A stretch of 64,000 nt of DNA from NCBI GenBank assembly GCA_051439605.1, contig JBFRWN010000075.1, positions 1 to 64,000 of the forward strand, given 5' to 3'. Below, one piece after another: positions 19,234 through 28,896 of the stretch. Below the pieces are notes generated by a model that was not told where the DNA came from, ran no database searches, and saw only the letters and a list, made by a program, of their open reading frames with translations. Position 1 is the first letter of the stretch. Every line of letters begins with the position of its first letter. A program made the position numbers and the translations under genes. Source of the DNA: Synechococcus sp. (lineage in GTDB: Bacteria > Cyanobacteriota > Cyanobacteriia > Thermostichales > PCC-7336).

Positions 19234-19443
19234 GGGAATGTTGAGCTTCTTTCCCAAAGGATAGTGTGGGTCGGAACCGGCCCTAATGGAGCAACTACGT
19301 GTAGTCATTACAGCTGGCTTAACGGTAGAACTGCGGGGTTTCGTCCCAATCGCAGTTTCCTCATCTGAGATGAAGGATTCCATGGCTGAACTGTTTGGAG
19401 CAACTCCAGGCAGTTGCTATACCGAAGCCAATAGTACCGTTGA
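19234..19443 (+). ncRNA. Candidate structured RNA (unknown family)
   Basis: At least six nested or adjacent stems, with G-U wobbles that work only on the + strand (see findings). Confidence 0.35.
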
Positions 19444-19445
19444 CG

Positions 19446-19664
19446 TTAATCTAGTTCCAAATTCTTGAGTCTATTAGGCGAGTAACGGCTGTCTTGCGGA
19501 AACGAATCGATTGTCTTTCCCGTCACCTTCTGAATGGTGTTGCTAATGGACTCTCGAGACTCAGAGCTGATGTTTTTGAGAGGATAGGGCAATACGCGAT
19601 CGCCGACAGAGACAAAGAGAATGGCGAGCAGGCTGATAAGACCAGCAAGATTAGATGTGTTCAC
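19446..19664 (-). CDS. Small single-TM hypothetical protein (72 aa)
   Basis: Hydrophobic N-terminus followed by GDRVLPYPL, which resembles a small cyanobacterial protein family (recalled, not searched). Confidence 0.6.
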   Translation of the reverse strand: MNTSNLAGLISLLAILFVSVGDRVLPYPLKNISSESRESISNTIQKVTGKTIDSFPQDSRYSPNRLKNLELD

Positions 19665-19736
19665 GAGCGTTTACCGAATTGGCTAGATCGATTGCAGTTG
19701 CTGCTTCAAGGAGCATGACGTAGGAGCATTTCCACA

Positions 19737-19988
19737 ACCTCCCACAAGTGCTGGGAGCCCAGCTTTCGTTTATCTACGACCAGGATTCCCATTGAGAAAT
19801 TAATAATTTAAGCAAAGCATGAGGAAAATGTGAAGTCTAGGGGGGAATTCACCTAATTCAAGCACCTCCCACAAGTGTTGGGAGCCCAGCTTTCGTTTAT
19901 CTACAACCGAAATGCCCCAAGATCGTTCATTGTTTAAGCAAAGCATGATGAAAATGTGAAATCTAAGGGGGAATTCACCTCGTTCAAG
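19737..19988. repeat. Tandem direct repeat, 2 copies, 127-bp period, non-coding
   Basis: Copies begin at 19737 and 19864 (acctcccacaagtgYtgggagcccagctttcgtttatctac ... tttaagcaaagcatgaKgaaaatgtgaaRtctaRgggggaattcacct..ttcaag). Confidence 0.95.
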
Positions 19989-20443
19989 TGTTTTGCTTTC
20001 GGTAGATATCTGGAGGGTCGATCGAACACTCCAACTATCAACCGTGAAATTCTGAAAGGTTCACCTACCGGAGTGCTGCTACAGTTTCCGACTATGCTGG
20101 ATAGCGACATTTCGACTGCAGTGAAATACTCCGGCTTTTACTCGTAAGCGAGAAATACTATGCCAGGAAAGCTTAACGCTCTCAGAGTGGGAGAAGTTAA
20201 CCCTCGAGCAGCAAGTAGAGCAGACGCAGATCGTTAATATCCAGGTTCCCGAGTCCTTTCGTGGAACTATACGCACTCAACAGGGCGATACTCCACAGGG
20301 AAAGGGTCTTCGGAATCGCTGTTCTCGGGGACGTGGACAGCATCGAGGACACTGTAGCGAATAAGGTCTGGATTCGAATTGTGCCGCCTATGGGTGCAGC
20401 ATCCCTCAGGCATCTCTAGAGTGGTGAAGTCAGGCGATCTCCA

Positions 20444-21397
20444 CTAGGCATCCCAGATGTTCGCGACTGTGTACGGCCCACCCTCAACCACCCAGAATTC
20501 ACCGCTAAGATAGCGACGATCCAGGTCGAGGGCTGCGATTGCCCCCATATCCTCTTGAGTCAGTTCTAGCTCTGCTGCCGCGAAATTCTGCTGGATGCGT
20601 CCGGCATTGACTGACTTGGGAATGACGGCCGTTCCACGGTGAATGGCCCAGCTAATGAGAACTTGAGCGGGGGTAGCCCCTCGACGCTCGGCAATGGAGG
20701 CGATCGCCGAGTCTTCCAATAAAACAGGCTCGTTGTCTGACTTGAGACTGGCTGGACGATCCATTGAACCGAGGGGGGAATAGGCGGTGAGAAGAATGGC
20801 GTTCTGGCGGCAAAAATCGAGCATTGGGGACTGCTGTAGGTATGGATGCAGTTCAATTTGGTTCATTTCTGGCTGTAGCCGCGCAGTCTCTAGCAACGAG
20901 TTGAGTTTAGCGATGCTGAAATTTGAAACACCGATATGGCGACATAATCCTCTGTCCACCAAAGATTCCATTGCCTGCCACGTTTCTGAAATCGGTGAGT
21001 CGTCAAGCGCAACGAGCTTATCCGAGGTGAGGGGAAATCCAGCTCCCTTTTTCATCGCAACGGGCCAGTGAATCAGGTACAGGTCGAGATAGTCCAGTTG
21101 CAGGTTGGCGAGGGTGGTTTCTAAGGCAGGCTGAACGTGTTCGGGGGCGTGGGAATCATTCCATAACTTTGACGTAATCCACATCCGATCGCGGGTAACC
21201 ACCCCCTCGCCAAATGCTTCCGATAAGGCTTGGCCCACTTCAGCTTCGTTGCCGTAGATATGTGCGCAATCGATATGGCGATAGCCCTGGCCAATCGCCT
21301 CCTTAACAGCGTTGTACACATCTCCAGGATCGGATTTCCACGTGCCCAATCCCAAAATGGGCATGCGATCGCCATTCCTGAATTGAAGTGTCTTCAT
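20444..21397 (-). CDS. Aldo/keto reductase
   Basis: GLGTW, HIDCAHIYGNE, LDLYLIHWP, IGVSNF and VIPKS. ATG 21397 chosen. Confidence 0.93.
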   Translation of the reverse strand: MKTLQFRNGDRMPILGLGTWKSDPGDVYNAVKEAIGQGYRHIDCAHIYGNEAEVGQALSEAFGEGVVTRDRMWITSKLWNDSHAPEHVQPALETTLANLQLDYLDLYLIHWPVAMKKGAGFPLTSDKLVALDDSPISETWQAMESLVDRGLCRHIGVSNFSIAKLNSLLETARLQPEMNQIELHPYLQQSPMLDFCRQNAILLTAYSPLGSMDRPASLKSDNEPVLLEDSAIASIAERRGATPAQVLISWAIHRGTAVIPKSVNAGRIQQNFAAAELELTQEDMGAIAALDLDRRYLSGEFWVVEGGPYTVANIWDA

Positions 21398-21528
21398 CTC
21401 GTTTCTCTCCCTATGGCCTACCCTCCAATCAAGGTAGCCTGCCAAAAGGTGTTGCACATCAAAAACTGGTTGAACGCTCTACAACTTTTTCCGCCGAACG
21501 GACGCGATCGAAAGATGCAACGTTGGCT

Positions 21529-22518
21529 TTACGTGAGGTCTGCGGCATAGGCAAACAGGGCTGGGGTGCCCCCCGTATGCCAAAACAGCACCCCATCTTC
21601 CTTTCTAAACTCCCCAGTGCGAATCATGTGAATCAGAGCCCCCATAGCTCGTCCGGTATAGACCGGGTCCAGCAAAATGCCTTCAGTTTGGGCCAGCAAG
21701 GCGATCGCTTCCTGCTCCAGTTTTCCAACCCTGCCATAACCCGCTCCGACATACTCCGATCGCAACGTCAGGTCTGGCGTGAAGTCTTGGGCAGGAAGCT
21801 CTAAGAATGCGGCAGTTTCATTGGCCAAATTGAGGATGGCTTCAGCAAAAGACTCTTCCTCGGCCCTGTCTTTATCGATGTTGATGCCCATCAGGTGCCA
21901 ATCAGCTCTACAAACTCGCTGGCCTACCATCAGCCCTGCTTGGGTTCCTCCAGAGCTGGAAGCGATGACCACATGCGTAATGGATGCAGACATTTCCGCG
22001 AGCTGCTCTTGCAGTTCGCAGGCGGCATTGACAAACGCGGCTGCCCCAATCGCGTTTGAGCCCCCGTAAGGAATGACGTAAGGATGCTTGCCCTCAGCAG
22101 CAAGTTGCTCGCAAATGTGGGGAATGGTCTCTCCCTTGCGTTGTTCCCCCGACCAATGAATGCGAGCGCCCAACAGGCGATCGAGCAGGAGATTGCCGGT
22201 GGCGATGTCGGGGGCGGTGCCGCCGAGGGCAAGGTGGCACTCCAGGTTGTAAAGTGCGGCGGCAGCGGCGGTTTGGCGACAGTGGTTGGATTGAGCTGCC
22301 CCTCCGGTGACAATGGCATCTGCCCCTGCAGACAGCGCATCCCCCAACAACCATTCCAACTTCCGGGTTTTATTCCCCCCCATTGCCAAACCCGTTTGGT
22401 CATCCCGCTTCATCCAGATTTGGGGGCCAGCCAATATCTTCGACAACCGCTTCAATTCCACAAGGGGGGTGGGGAAAAATCCCAGCGGATATCTGGGGCA
22501 GTCTTCTAGGTTGGGCAT
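21529..22518 (-). CDS. D-cysteine desulfhydrase / ACC deaminase family PLP enzyme
   Basis: KRDD..GGNKTRKL, QSNH, SSGGTQAG, LDPVYTG and HTGG. Confidence 0.92.
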   Translation of the reverse strand: MPNLEDCPRYPLGFFPTPLVELKRLSKILAGPQIWMKRDDQTGLAMGGNKTRKLEWLLGDALSAGADAIVTGGAAQSNHCRQTAAAAALYNLECHLALGGTAPDIATGNLLLDRLLGARIHWSGEQRKGETIPHICEQLAAEGKHPYVIPYGGSNAIGAAAFVNAACELQEQLAEMSASITHVVIASSSGGTQAGLMVGQRVCRADWHLMGINIDKDRAEEESFAEAILNLANETAAFLELPAQDFTPDLTLRSEYVGAGYGRVGKLEQEAIALLAQTEGILLDPVYTGRAMGALIHMIRTGEFRKEDGVLFWHTGGTPALFAYAADLT

Positions 22519-22572
22519 ATTGCGAGCTACCTGTTGGATAGAACGGGCAAAGTGCTGTAACCCCCAACTGAA

Positions 22573-24057
22573 TTAGTAACTCTGCCACACGCGATCGAGG
22601 ACATCGCTAATAAAGGCATCTGCCTCTGCAATGCTGCCATCGAAATGATTAATCAAGATACTAAAGGCCAGTTGGCGATCGCTCTGGCAGCGAATCACCC
22701 CCGAGAGGGTGCGAATCCCCTTGATAAATCCATCTTTTCCCCGTACGGCTCCCACCGGACGAATGCCCCCGTTCTTGACGTTGAGTCCCTCCTTAAACTG
22801 TTGCCACCAGGCCTGCTGACTGTCACTGCGCAGCAGGGCGGTCATAGCATTGGCCGTAACTAAGTTGCGCCGAGAGAGGCCGCTACCATCCTCAATCCGC
22901 AACCCCTGCAGGGGAACTCCCAACCCTTTGAGCCAATCCAGCTCGATATCAGTGGCCTGCTGCCAGGTGGTGACGGGGGTCTGTCCGGCATTCTGCTGGA
23001 CTGCCAGCGCGAAGAGACCATCGGCATAGAGGTTAAAGCTGGTTTGGTTGGTGAAGTTGACCATTTGGGTCAGGGGGGGTGACTGATACTGCCAGATGAC
23101 CGAACCCTCATCGCCCGAACCAGAGGGTTGTCCGGATAGTTCTAGGCGATCGACCGAGATGCCTTGCGATCGCAGTTGGATTTGCAGGAGCCGTAGAAAG
23201 GTATCGGCCGGATCGGGGAGGGCTCCGTAAATGAAAAAGGAATTTCCGGCAGGGACCGTTCCCCTCAGCCAGCGTTCGTTACTGCCTGGGACGCCAAAGA
23301 CGTAACCGTTATCACCGGAGCCCGCTACTCCAGTTTTCATCTCGTTGTGGAACGTTACCCAGTCAAGATTGGGGTCGGTGGAGGTCAACTGTGCCAGGGA
23401 ACCCACTTGGCCGGGGCGAAAGTTGAGTTTGTAGAGATTGTCGTGAATGCTGAGGGCGCTGACGGGGGCTCCGTAGTAGTTGCCGAAGTCATCGTAGGTC
23501 CAAGACCAGGGGATCGGTTCGAGGGGGAGTGCCTTCGTATTCCCCACTAAGGTGCCTACGGAGGTAATGCCAGCTCCTTTGACCGCAGCAGCAATGGAAT
23601 CGAGGACCTGCTCTGTTGTCGAATTTCCCGGGATTTGGGGACTGCCCAAGCTCGGGTCACCGCCACCCACCAAGACTAAGCGATTGGCCTTGCCTGCGGT
23701 AGGGGGTTCCGGCAATAGTAATTGCGTGGTGAAGCGGCGATCGCTGGGGAAATGACTCATCGCCATACTGGTGCCCAGCAGCTTGAGGGTACTGGCGGGC
23801 ACCATACTGCGGTCTCCCCCCGATTCTGCGAGCACCTCCCCCGTACTGAGATCTCGGAGCGAGAAGGTATAGGTGGCAGGGGCGAGGGGGGATCGCTGGG
23901 CCAGTTGGGCCACTTTTGAGACGATCGCCGACTGAGCGGCATGTCCTGGCTGAGATACCAACGCTGGCCGAACAAAAGCCAGACCGATGGCAATCGCCAA
24001 CAGCGTGACCGTAGAGGAGATCGCGCGTGCAACCGTTCTTCTTGGGATAGTCACCAT
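22573..24057 (-). CDS. dacB: D-Ala-D-Ala carboxypeptidase/endopeptidase (PBP4, peptidase S13)
   Basis: PASTLK (SxxK), GGGDP, SFN (SxN), DGSGLSR and KDG in place of KTG. Confidence 0.88.
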   Translation of the reverse strand: MVTIPRRTVARAISSTVTLLAIAIGLAFVRPALVSQPGHAAQSAIVSKVAQLAQRSPLAPATYTFSLRDLSTGEVLAESGGDRSMVPASTLKLLGTSMAMSHFPSDRRFTTQLLLPEPPTAGKANRLVLVGGGDPSLGSPQIPGNSTTEQVLDSIAAAVKGAGITSVGTLVGNTKALPLEPIPWSWTYDDFGNYYGAPVSALSIHDNLYKLNFRPGQVGSLAQLTSTDPNLDWVTFHNEMKTGVAGSGDNGYVFGVPGSNERWLRGTVPAGNSFFIYGALPDPADTFLRLLQIQLRSQGISVDRLELSGQPSGSGDEGSVIWQYQSPPLTQMVNFTNQTSFNLYADGLFALAVQQNAGQTPVTTWQQATDIELDWLKGLGVPLQGLRIEDGSGLSRRNLVTANAMTALLRSDSQQAWWQQFKEGLNVKNGGIRPVGAVRGKDGFIKGIRTLSGVIRCQSDRQLAFSILINHFDGSIAEADAFISDVLDRVWQSY

Positions 24058-24223
24058 TTCACCCCAAACCCTGTTGTTGTCTTGGCAAATCTATTGAGGA
24101 GATGCCCTTATATATAGCTGCTGTTAGCTCAGTTAGGGCAGCATACGCTATGCCTGGTCAGGATTCTGAATGGCTGATACGTCTTAATTGACTAAACGGT
24201 TGCAATGTTAGCTTTGTCAGCCG

Positions 24224-24925
24224 CTATGCTCTATATCGATTCAACAGGTGCTTGAATCGGATCGAAATATCTGTCCCAAATCGACGGAGGGACTGCCAGA
24301 AAAAACCGCGATCGGATGGGGTCTTCTGGTTTAGTGGAGAGGCTGCGGTTTTGAGGACAGCCTCTTGTTTCGATGAACTCTGCTTAGAGGTCGAAGGCGC
24401 TGGCTTTTGGCGAGTCGCTTGTTTTGATGGACTCTGCCTCAAGGTGGAGGGGATTGGTGAAAACTGGGTGGTCGTTTTCGCGGGAGTAGCCCTTGCAGGA
24501 ATGTTCCCCAGTAAAACCTGCATGTGCCTGTCGAGTTCTTCAAATACTGGCTGGACCTGCGCTATTTCAGCTTCGCCTGCTTCGGCAGAAAGTCCTTCAG
24601 GGCTTTGCAGCTTGTTAACGAGTACAGCTAGGGATTCATGGCAGCGTAATAAGAGCGATATCAACTCGCTGTCGATCGCGACTTTACGTTTGCGAAAAGT
24701 ATCGAGGGCTCTTTCCATGTGATGGGCAGTCTTTTCAATGCTGCCGATACCCAGCATGGCTGCGCCTCCTTTAATGGAGTGAGCTGCACGAACTAATTCA
24801 TCGAGTGCTAGTTTGTCAGACGCAAGTTCTTGCAACCTAGGTAGCCCCTGTTCCAGAGTTACCGTGAGTTCGCGAGCCTCTTCAATGTAGAAGCCCATGA
24901 TTCTTTCTTGCACTGCGCGATCCAT
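24224..24925 (-). CDS. Stand-alone Hpt-domain protein (CheA P1-like) with low-complexity tail
   Basis: FYIEEARE and RAAHSIKGGAAMLG (phospho-His). No kinase domain follows. Confidence 0.82.
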   Translation of the reverse strand: MDRAVQERIMGFYIEEARELTVTLEQGLPRLQELASDKLALDELVRAAHSIKGGAAMLGIGSIEKTAHHMERALDTFRKRKVAIDSELISLLLRCHESLAVLVNKLQSPEGLSAEAGEAEIAQVQPVFEELDRHMQVLLGNIPARATPAKTTTQFSPIPSTLRQSPSKQATRQKPAPSTSKQSSSKQEAVLKTAASPLNQKTPSDRGFFWQSLRRFGTDISIRFKHLLNRYRA

Positions 24926-25225
24926 TGACTCTTTCCTTATATCAGTTCCCTTGTGGTGTGAGCTGCTTTCATGTTGCAAATTTTATAGATACCTAGCTAA
25001 ATATACTTATTGACTTGTCAAGATGCTTCTTTGTTCCCCTTCCTAGAGTTATTCACTCACGCGGCGACGCCAATTGACTCGCCTAACAGCGCGAGGGTGG
25101 GGTTCTAAGAAAGGAGACCTGACAAATCACACCCTTTAAACACCCAAATCACTTGTCACCAAACCCCAACAAAAAACCTGTACTACAGTGGAAAGCAAGG
25201 AAACTTAATGTTTGGTGAATGTCCG

Positions 25226-26959
25226 ATGGTCGCCACCGCTCCCGAAATCAAACGCCTGACCGTTCAAACCGAAGCCATTGCCGCCGACACAATCGCTATG
25301 CGCAGCCTCGACTGGGATCGCGATCGGTTTGATATCGAATTCGGTCTGCAAAACGGCACCACTTACAATTCCTTCCTAATTCGGGGCGAAAAAATTGCCC
25401 TCGTCGATACCTCCCATGCCAAATTCCGACAGCTCTACCTCGACCTCCTCAAAGGTCAAGTAGACCCCTTGAATATCGATTACCTGATCGTCAGCCACAC
25501 CGAACCCGATCACAGCGGCCTGGTGGGGGACATCCTCGAACTCAACCCCAACATCACCGTCGTTGCCTCCAAAGTGGCAATAACGTTCCTCACCAACCAA
25601 GTCCACCGTTCCTTCGAGTTCATCACCGTCAAAAGCGGCGACACCCTCGATCTGGGCAACGGCCACGAAATCCAATTCCTGCTAGCCCCTAACCTGCACT
25701 GGCCCGACACCATCTTCAGCTTCGATAAAGCCACCGGCATTCTCTACACCTGCGATGCCTTTGGCATGCACTACTGCAGCGACCTGCTCTACGACGAAGA
25801 CCTCAGCGTCGTTGAAAAGGACTATCACTTTTACTACGAATGCCTGATGGCCCCCAACGCGCGATCGGTAGTCAAAGCCCTTAAAGGCATGGATAAGTTA
25901 GAGGAAGAGCACGAAGTTCAGCTGATCGCCAACGGTCACGGTCCCCTACTGAAGCACAATCTGCAAGAGCTAGTGGGTCGCTACCGCAAGTGGAGCACCA
26001 ACCAGAGTCAGGCCAGCACCTCGGTCGCGGTATTCTATATCTCCGATTACGGCTACAGCGATCGCCTCACTCAAGCGATCGCCCGAGGCATCATCAAAAC
26101 TGGCGTCAATGTCGAAATGTTGGACCTCAAGGGAGCCGATCCCCAAGAAGCCTACGAACTGGTCGGAGAAGTGTCCGGTCTCGTAATTTCCATGCCCCCC
26201 GCCAGCGGTGTAGAGAGCGAGCAAATTCAAGCGGCCCTCAGCACCGTGGTAGCCGCTGCCAACAACAAGCAATCTCTTGGTTTGGTGGAATCCTACGGTG
26301 GCGACGACGAACCTATCGACACCATCCTGACCCAGTTCCGCGAAGCCGGTCTTGACCAGGGGTTTGCCCCCATTCGAGTCAAGGACACCCCCACCGAGGC
26401 AATTTACCAGCTTTGCGAAGAGTCCGGCACCGACATGGGCCAAAAGCTGAGTCAGCTGAAGAAAACTAAGAAGAAGAAGTCCGTCGATAACACCCTGATT
26501 CAGGCCCTGGGTCGCATCAGCAGCGGACTGTATATCATCACCGCCCAGAAAGGGGACGTGCGCAGCGCGATGCTAGCCTCTTGGATTGCTCAAGCCAGCT
26601 TCGAGCCTTTGGGCTTCACCGTGGCCGTAGCGAAAGACCGCGCCATCGAGTCCCTGATGCAGGTGGGGGATACCTTTGTGCTCAACGTGCTGGAGGAGGG
26701 CAACCATCTCAAGCTGATGAAGCATTTCCTCAAGCGGTTCGCCCCCGGTGCCGATCGCTTTGCCGATGTGAATATCCAAACGGCCAACAACGGATCCCCC
26801 ATCCTTACCGATGCCCTAGCCTATATGGAATGTACCGTCAGCACCCGCATGGACACCAGCGACCACTGGATTGTCTACTGCACGGTGGATAACGGTCGCG
26901 TCTCGAAGCAAGACGCTCGTACTGCATCCCACCGCCGCAAAGTGGGTAACTACTATTAA
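25226..26959 (+). CDS. flv3: Flavodiiron protein Flv3
   Basis: RSLDWDRDRFDIEFGLQNGTTYNS, canonical HTEPDH iron ligands, and flavodoxin and flavin-reductase domains. Confidence 0.88.
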   Translation: MVATAPEIKRLTVQTEAIAADTIAMRSLDWDRDRFDIEFGLQNGTTYNSFLIRGEKIALVDTSHAKFRQLYLDLLKGQVDPLNIDYLIVSHTEPDHSGLVGDILELNPNITVVASKVAITFLTNQVHRSFEFITVKSGDTLDLGNGHEIQFLLAPNLHWPDTIFSFDKATGILYTCDAFGMHYCSDLLYDEDLSVVEKDYHFYYECLMAPNARSVVKALKGMDKLEEEHEVQLIANGHGPLLKHNLQELVGRYRKWSTNQSQASTSVAVFYISDYGYSDRLTQAIARGIIKTGVNVEMLDLKGADPQEAYELVGEVSGLVISMPPASGVESEQIQAALSTVVAAANNKQSLGLVESYGGDDEPIDTILTQFREAGLDQGFAPIRVKDTPTEAIYQLCEESGTDMGQKLSQLKKTKKKKSVDNTLIQALGRISSGLYIITAQKGDVRSAMLASWIAQASFEPLGFTVAVAKDRAIESLMQVGDTFVLNVLEEGNHLKLMKHFLKRFAPGADRFADVNIQTANNGSPILTDALAYMECTVSTRMDTSDHWIVYCTVDNGRVSKQDARTASHRRKVGNYY

Positions 26960-27034
26960 TCGTTCTCCGTAGACGAACTCGATATTCAATCTCTTCGCAC
27001 GCCTCCCTTCTGTTTCGCTCCTTAGGAGTTAGCC

Positions 27035-28774
27035 GTGACCCTTTCTGTGCCTAAAAAGCAACGGGACGTTCAGACCCTAGCGCTGCGTGGCGATACCTTC
27101 GTACTGCGATCGCGCACTTGGGATCGACTCAAATTCGAGATCGAATATGCCCTGCAAAAAGGCACTACCGCGAACTCTTTCCTGATTCAGGGCGATCGCA
27201 CCGTCCTGATCGACCCCCCCGGAGAATCCTTCACAGAGATTTTCCTCCAAGCCCTCGGCAATCTGGTGAACTTTGGGGCGATCGACCATATTGTCCTAGG
27301 GCACATCAACCCCAACCGGGTGAAGACTCTCGTACAGATTTTGCAGCGATCGCCCAAGATTCAGGTGGTCTGCTCGACTGCCGCCGCCAAGCTGCTACCC
27401 CAACTATTCGCCAAGGAGGAGTTTGAGGCTCAGGTCAATGTCAAACCCGTTAAGCGGGGGGACCGCCTCGATTTAGGGCAAGGGCGCGTGCTGGAGTTTT
27501 GCCCCATCCCCACCCCAAAATGGCCGGGGGGAATGGCCACCTACGATCCCGAAAGCCGTTGGCTGTTCACCGATAAGTTCTTTGGGGCGCACGTCTGCAG
27601 CGACCAAGTGTGGGATCAAGAGTGGAAAGCTTACGAAAGCGATCGCCGCTATTACTACGACAGCTTGATGGCCACCCAATCCCGTCAAGTGGATGCCAAT
27701 ATGGATCGCTTGGCTGAATTCGATGCCAAGGTTTACGCCCCCAACCACGGGCCGCTAGTACGCTACGGTATCACCCCCCTAACCCAAATCTATCGGGAGC
27801 TGAACCAGAAGCAGTCTACGCAAATGCTGTCGGCAGCGGTCATCTACGCCTCCGCGTACGGCAATACCGCGACGATGGCTCAGGCGATCGCAAGAGGAAT
27901 TTCTAAGGTGGGCGTCACGGTCGAGCAAATCAACTGCGAGTTTGCCACGACTGAAGAGCTGAAAGCGGTGCTGGAAAAAACCTCCGGCTTTATCTTTGGA
28001 TCCCCCACTCTAGGCGGTCATACCCCCACCCCCGTCCAGACTGCACTGGGTACAGCCCTGTCCACCGCCAGCAAAGAGCAGCTGGTGGGGGTGTTCGGCT
28101 CCTACGGATGGAGTGGGGAGGCGGTGGATATCATCGCCAATAAATTACGGGACTCCGGCTATCCGTTTGGCTTCGAGCCACTCGCGGTGAAGTTCACCCC
28201 CGATGCCGCTACGCTGCAACAGTGCGAGGAACTGGGCACGGACTTTGCCCAAGCCCTGAAGAAGGGACTGAAGAAAAAGACGAAAGTCGCAGGTAAGCCT
28301 GCCTCCAACGTCGAGCAGGCGGTGGGCCGCATTATTGGTAGCCTCTGCATTGTGACGGCCAAGCGGGGGGATGTCTCCAGCGCCATGCTGGCCTCTTGGG
28401 TCTCCCAAGCCACCTTTAGTCCCCCCGGTATTACGGTGGCGGTGGCAAAGGATCGGGCGATCGAATCTCTCCTCTACCCCGGCGACAGGTTTGTGCTCAA
28501 TATTCTGGCGGAAGGTCACTATATCCCCCTGATGAAGCATTTCCTCAAGCCTTTTGGGCCGGGGGAGAACCGGTTCGAAGGGGTTGACTATTCAGAGACG
28601 GAGGATGGCACACCGATCCTCTCAGAGAGTCTCGCCTATCTAGAATGCCGCGTAGACCAGAGGATGGAATGCGGCGATCACTGGGTGGTGTACAGCACTG
28701 TAGAGGGGGGAGATTTGCAGGATTCCGATGGATTGGCTGCTTTGCACTATCGTCAATCGGGTACCCACTACTAA
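27035..28774 (+). CDS. flv1: Flavodiiron protein Flv1
   Basis: RSRTWDRLKFEIEY and the non-canonical HINPNR motif, with the same three-domain layout. Confidence 0.88.
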   Translation: MTLSVPKKQRDVQTLALRGDTFVLRSRTWDRLKFEIEYALQKGTTANSFLIQGDRTVLIDPPGESFTEIFLQALGNLVNFGAIDHIVLGHINPNRVKTLVQILQRSPKIQVVCSTAAAKLLPQLFAKEEFEAQVNVKPVKRGDRLDLGQGRVLEFCPIPTPKWPGGMATYDPESRWLFTDKFFGAHVCSDQVWDQEWKAYESDRRYYYDSLMATQSRQVDANMDRLAEFDAKVYAPNHGPLVRYGITPLTQIYRELNQKQSTQMLSAAVIYASAYGNTATMAQAIARGISKVGVTVEQINCEFATTEELKAVLEKTSGFIFGSPTLGGHTPTPVQTALGTALSTASKEQLVGVFGSYGWSGEAVDIIANKLRDSGYPFGFEPLAVKFTPDAATLQQCEELGTDFAQALKKGLKKKTKVAGKPASNVEQAVGRIIGSLCIVTAKRGDVSSAMLASWVSQATFSPPGITVAVAKDRAIESLLYPGDRFVLNILAEGHYIPLMKHFLKPFGPGENRFEGVDYSETEDGTPILSESLAYLECRVDQRMECGDHWVVYSTVEGGDLQDSDGLAALHYRQSGTHY

Positions 28775-28896
28775 TACTGGTGAGATCGCCCTTCCATCCA
28801 TTCGAATCGGGACAATCCACAGCAGCTGAGCTAACTTTACCGATAATGCTCGAACTTCTCGAAGTGAAGTTGTCTCAGTTGCACCATAGGTTCGGT

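Noticed and set aside
19339..19372. Hammerhead ribozyme core (minus strand cagatgag...gaaac)
   Set aside because: It lacks the required CUGANGA, and the stems do not match hammerhead topology.
19737..19988. CRISPR mini-array
   Set aside because: There are only two units, the conserved parts are far longer than CRISPR repeats, and no cas genes are in the window.
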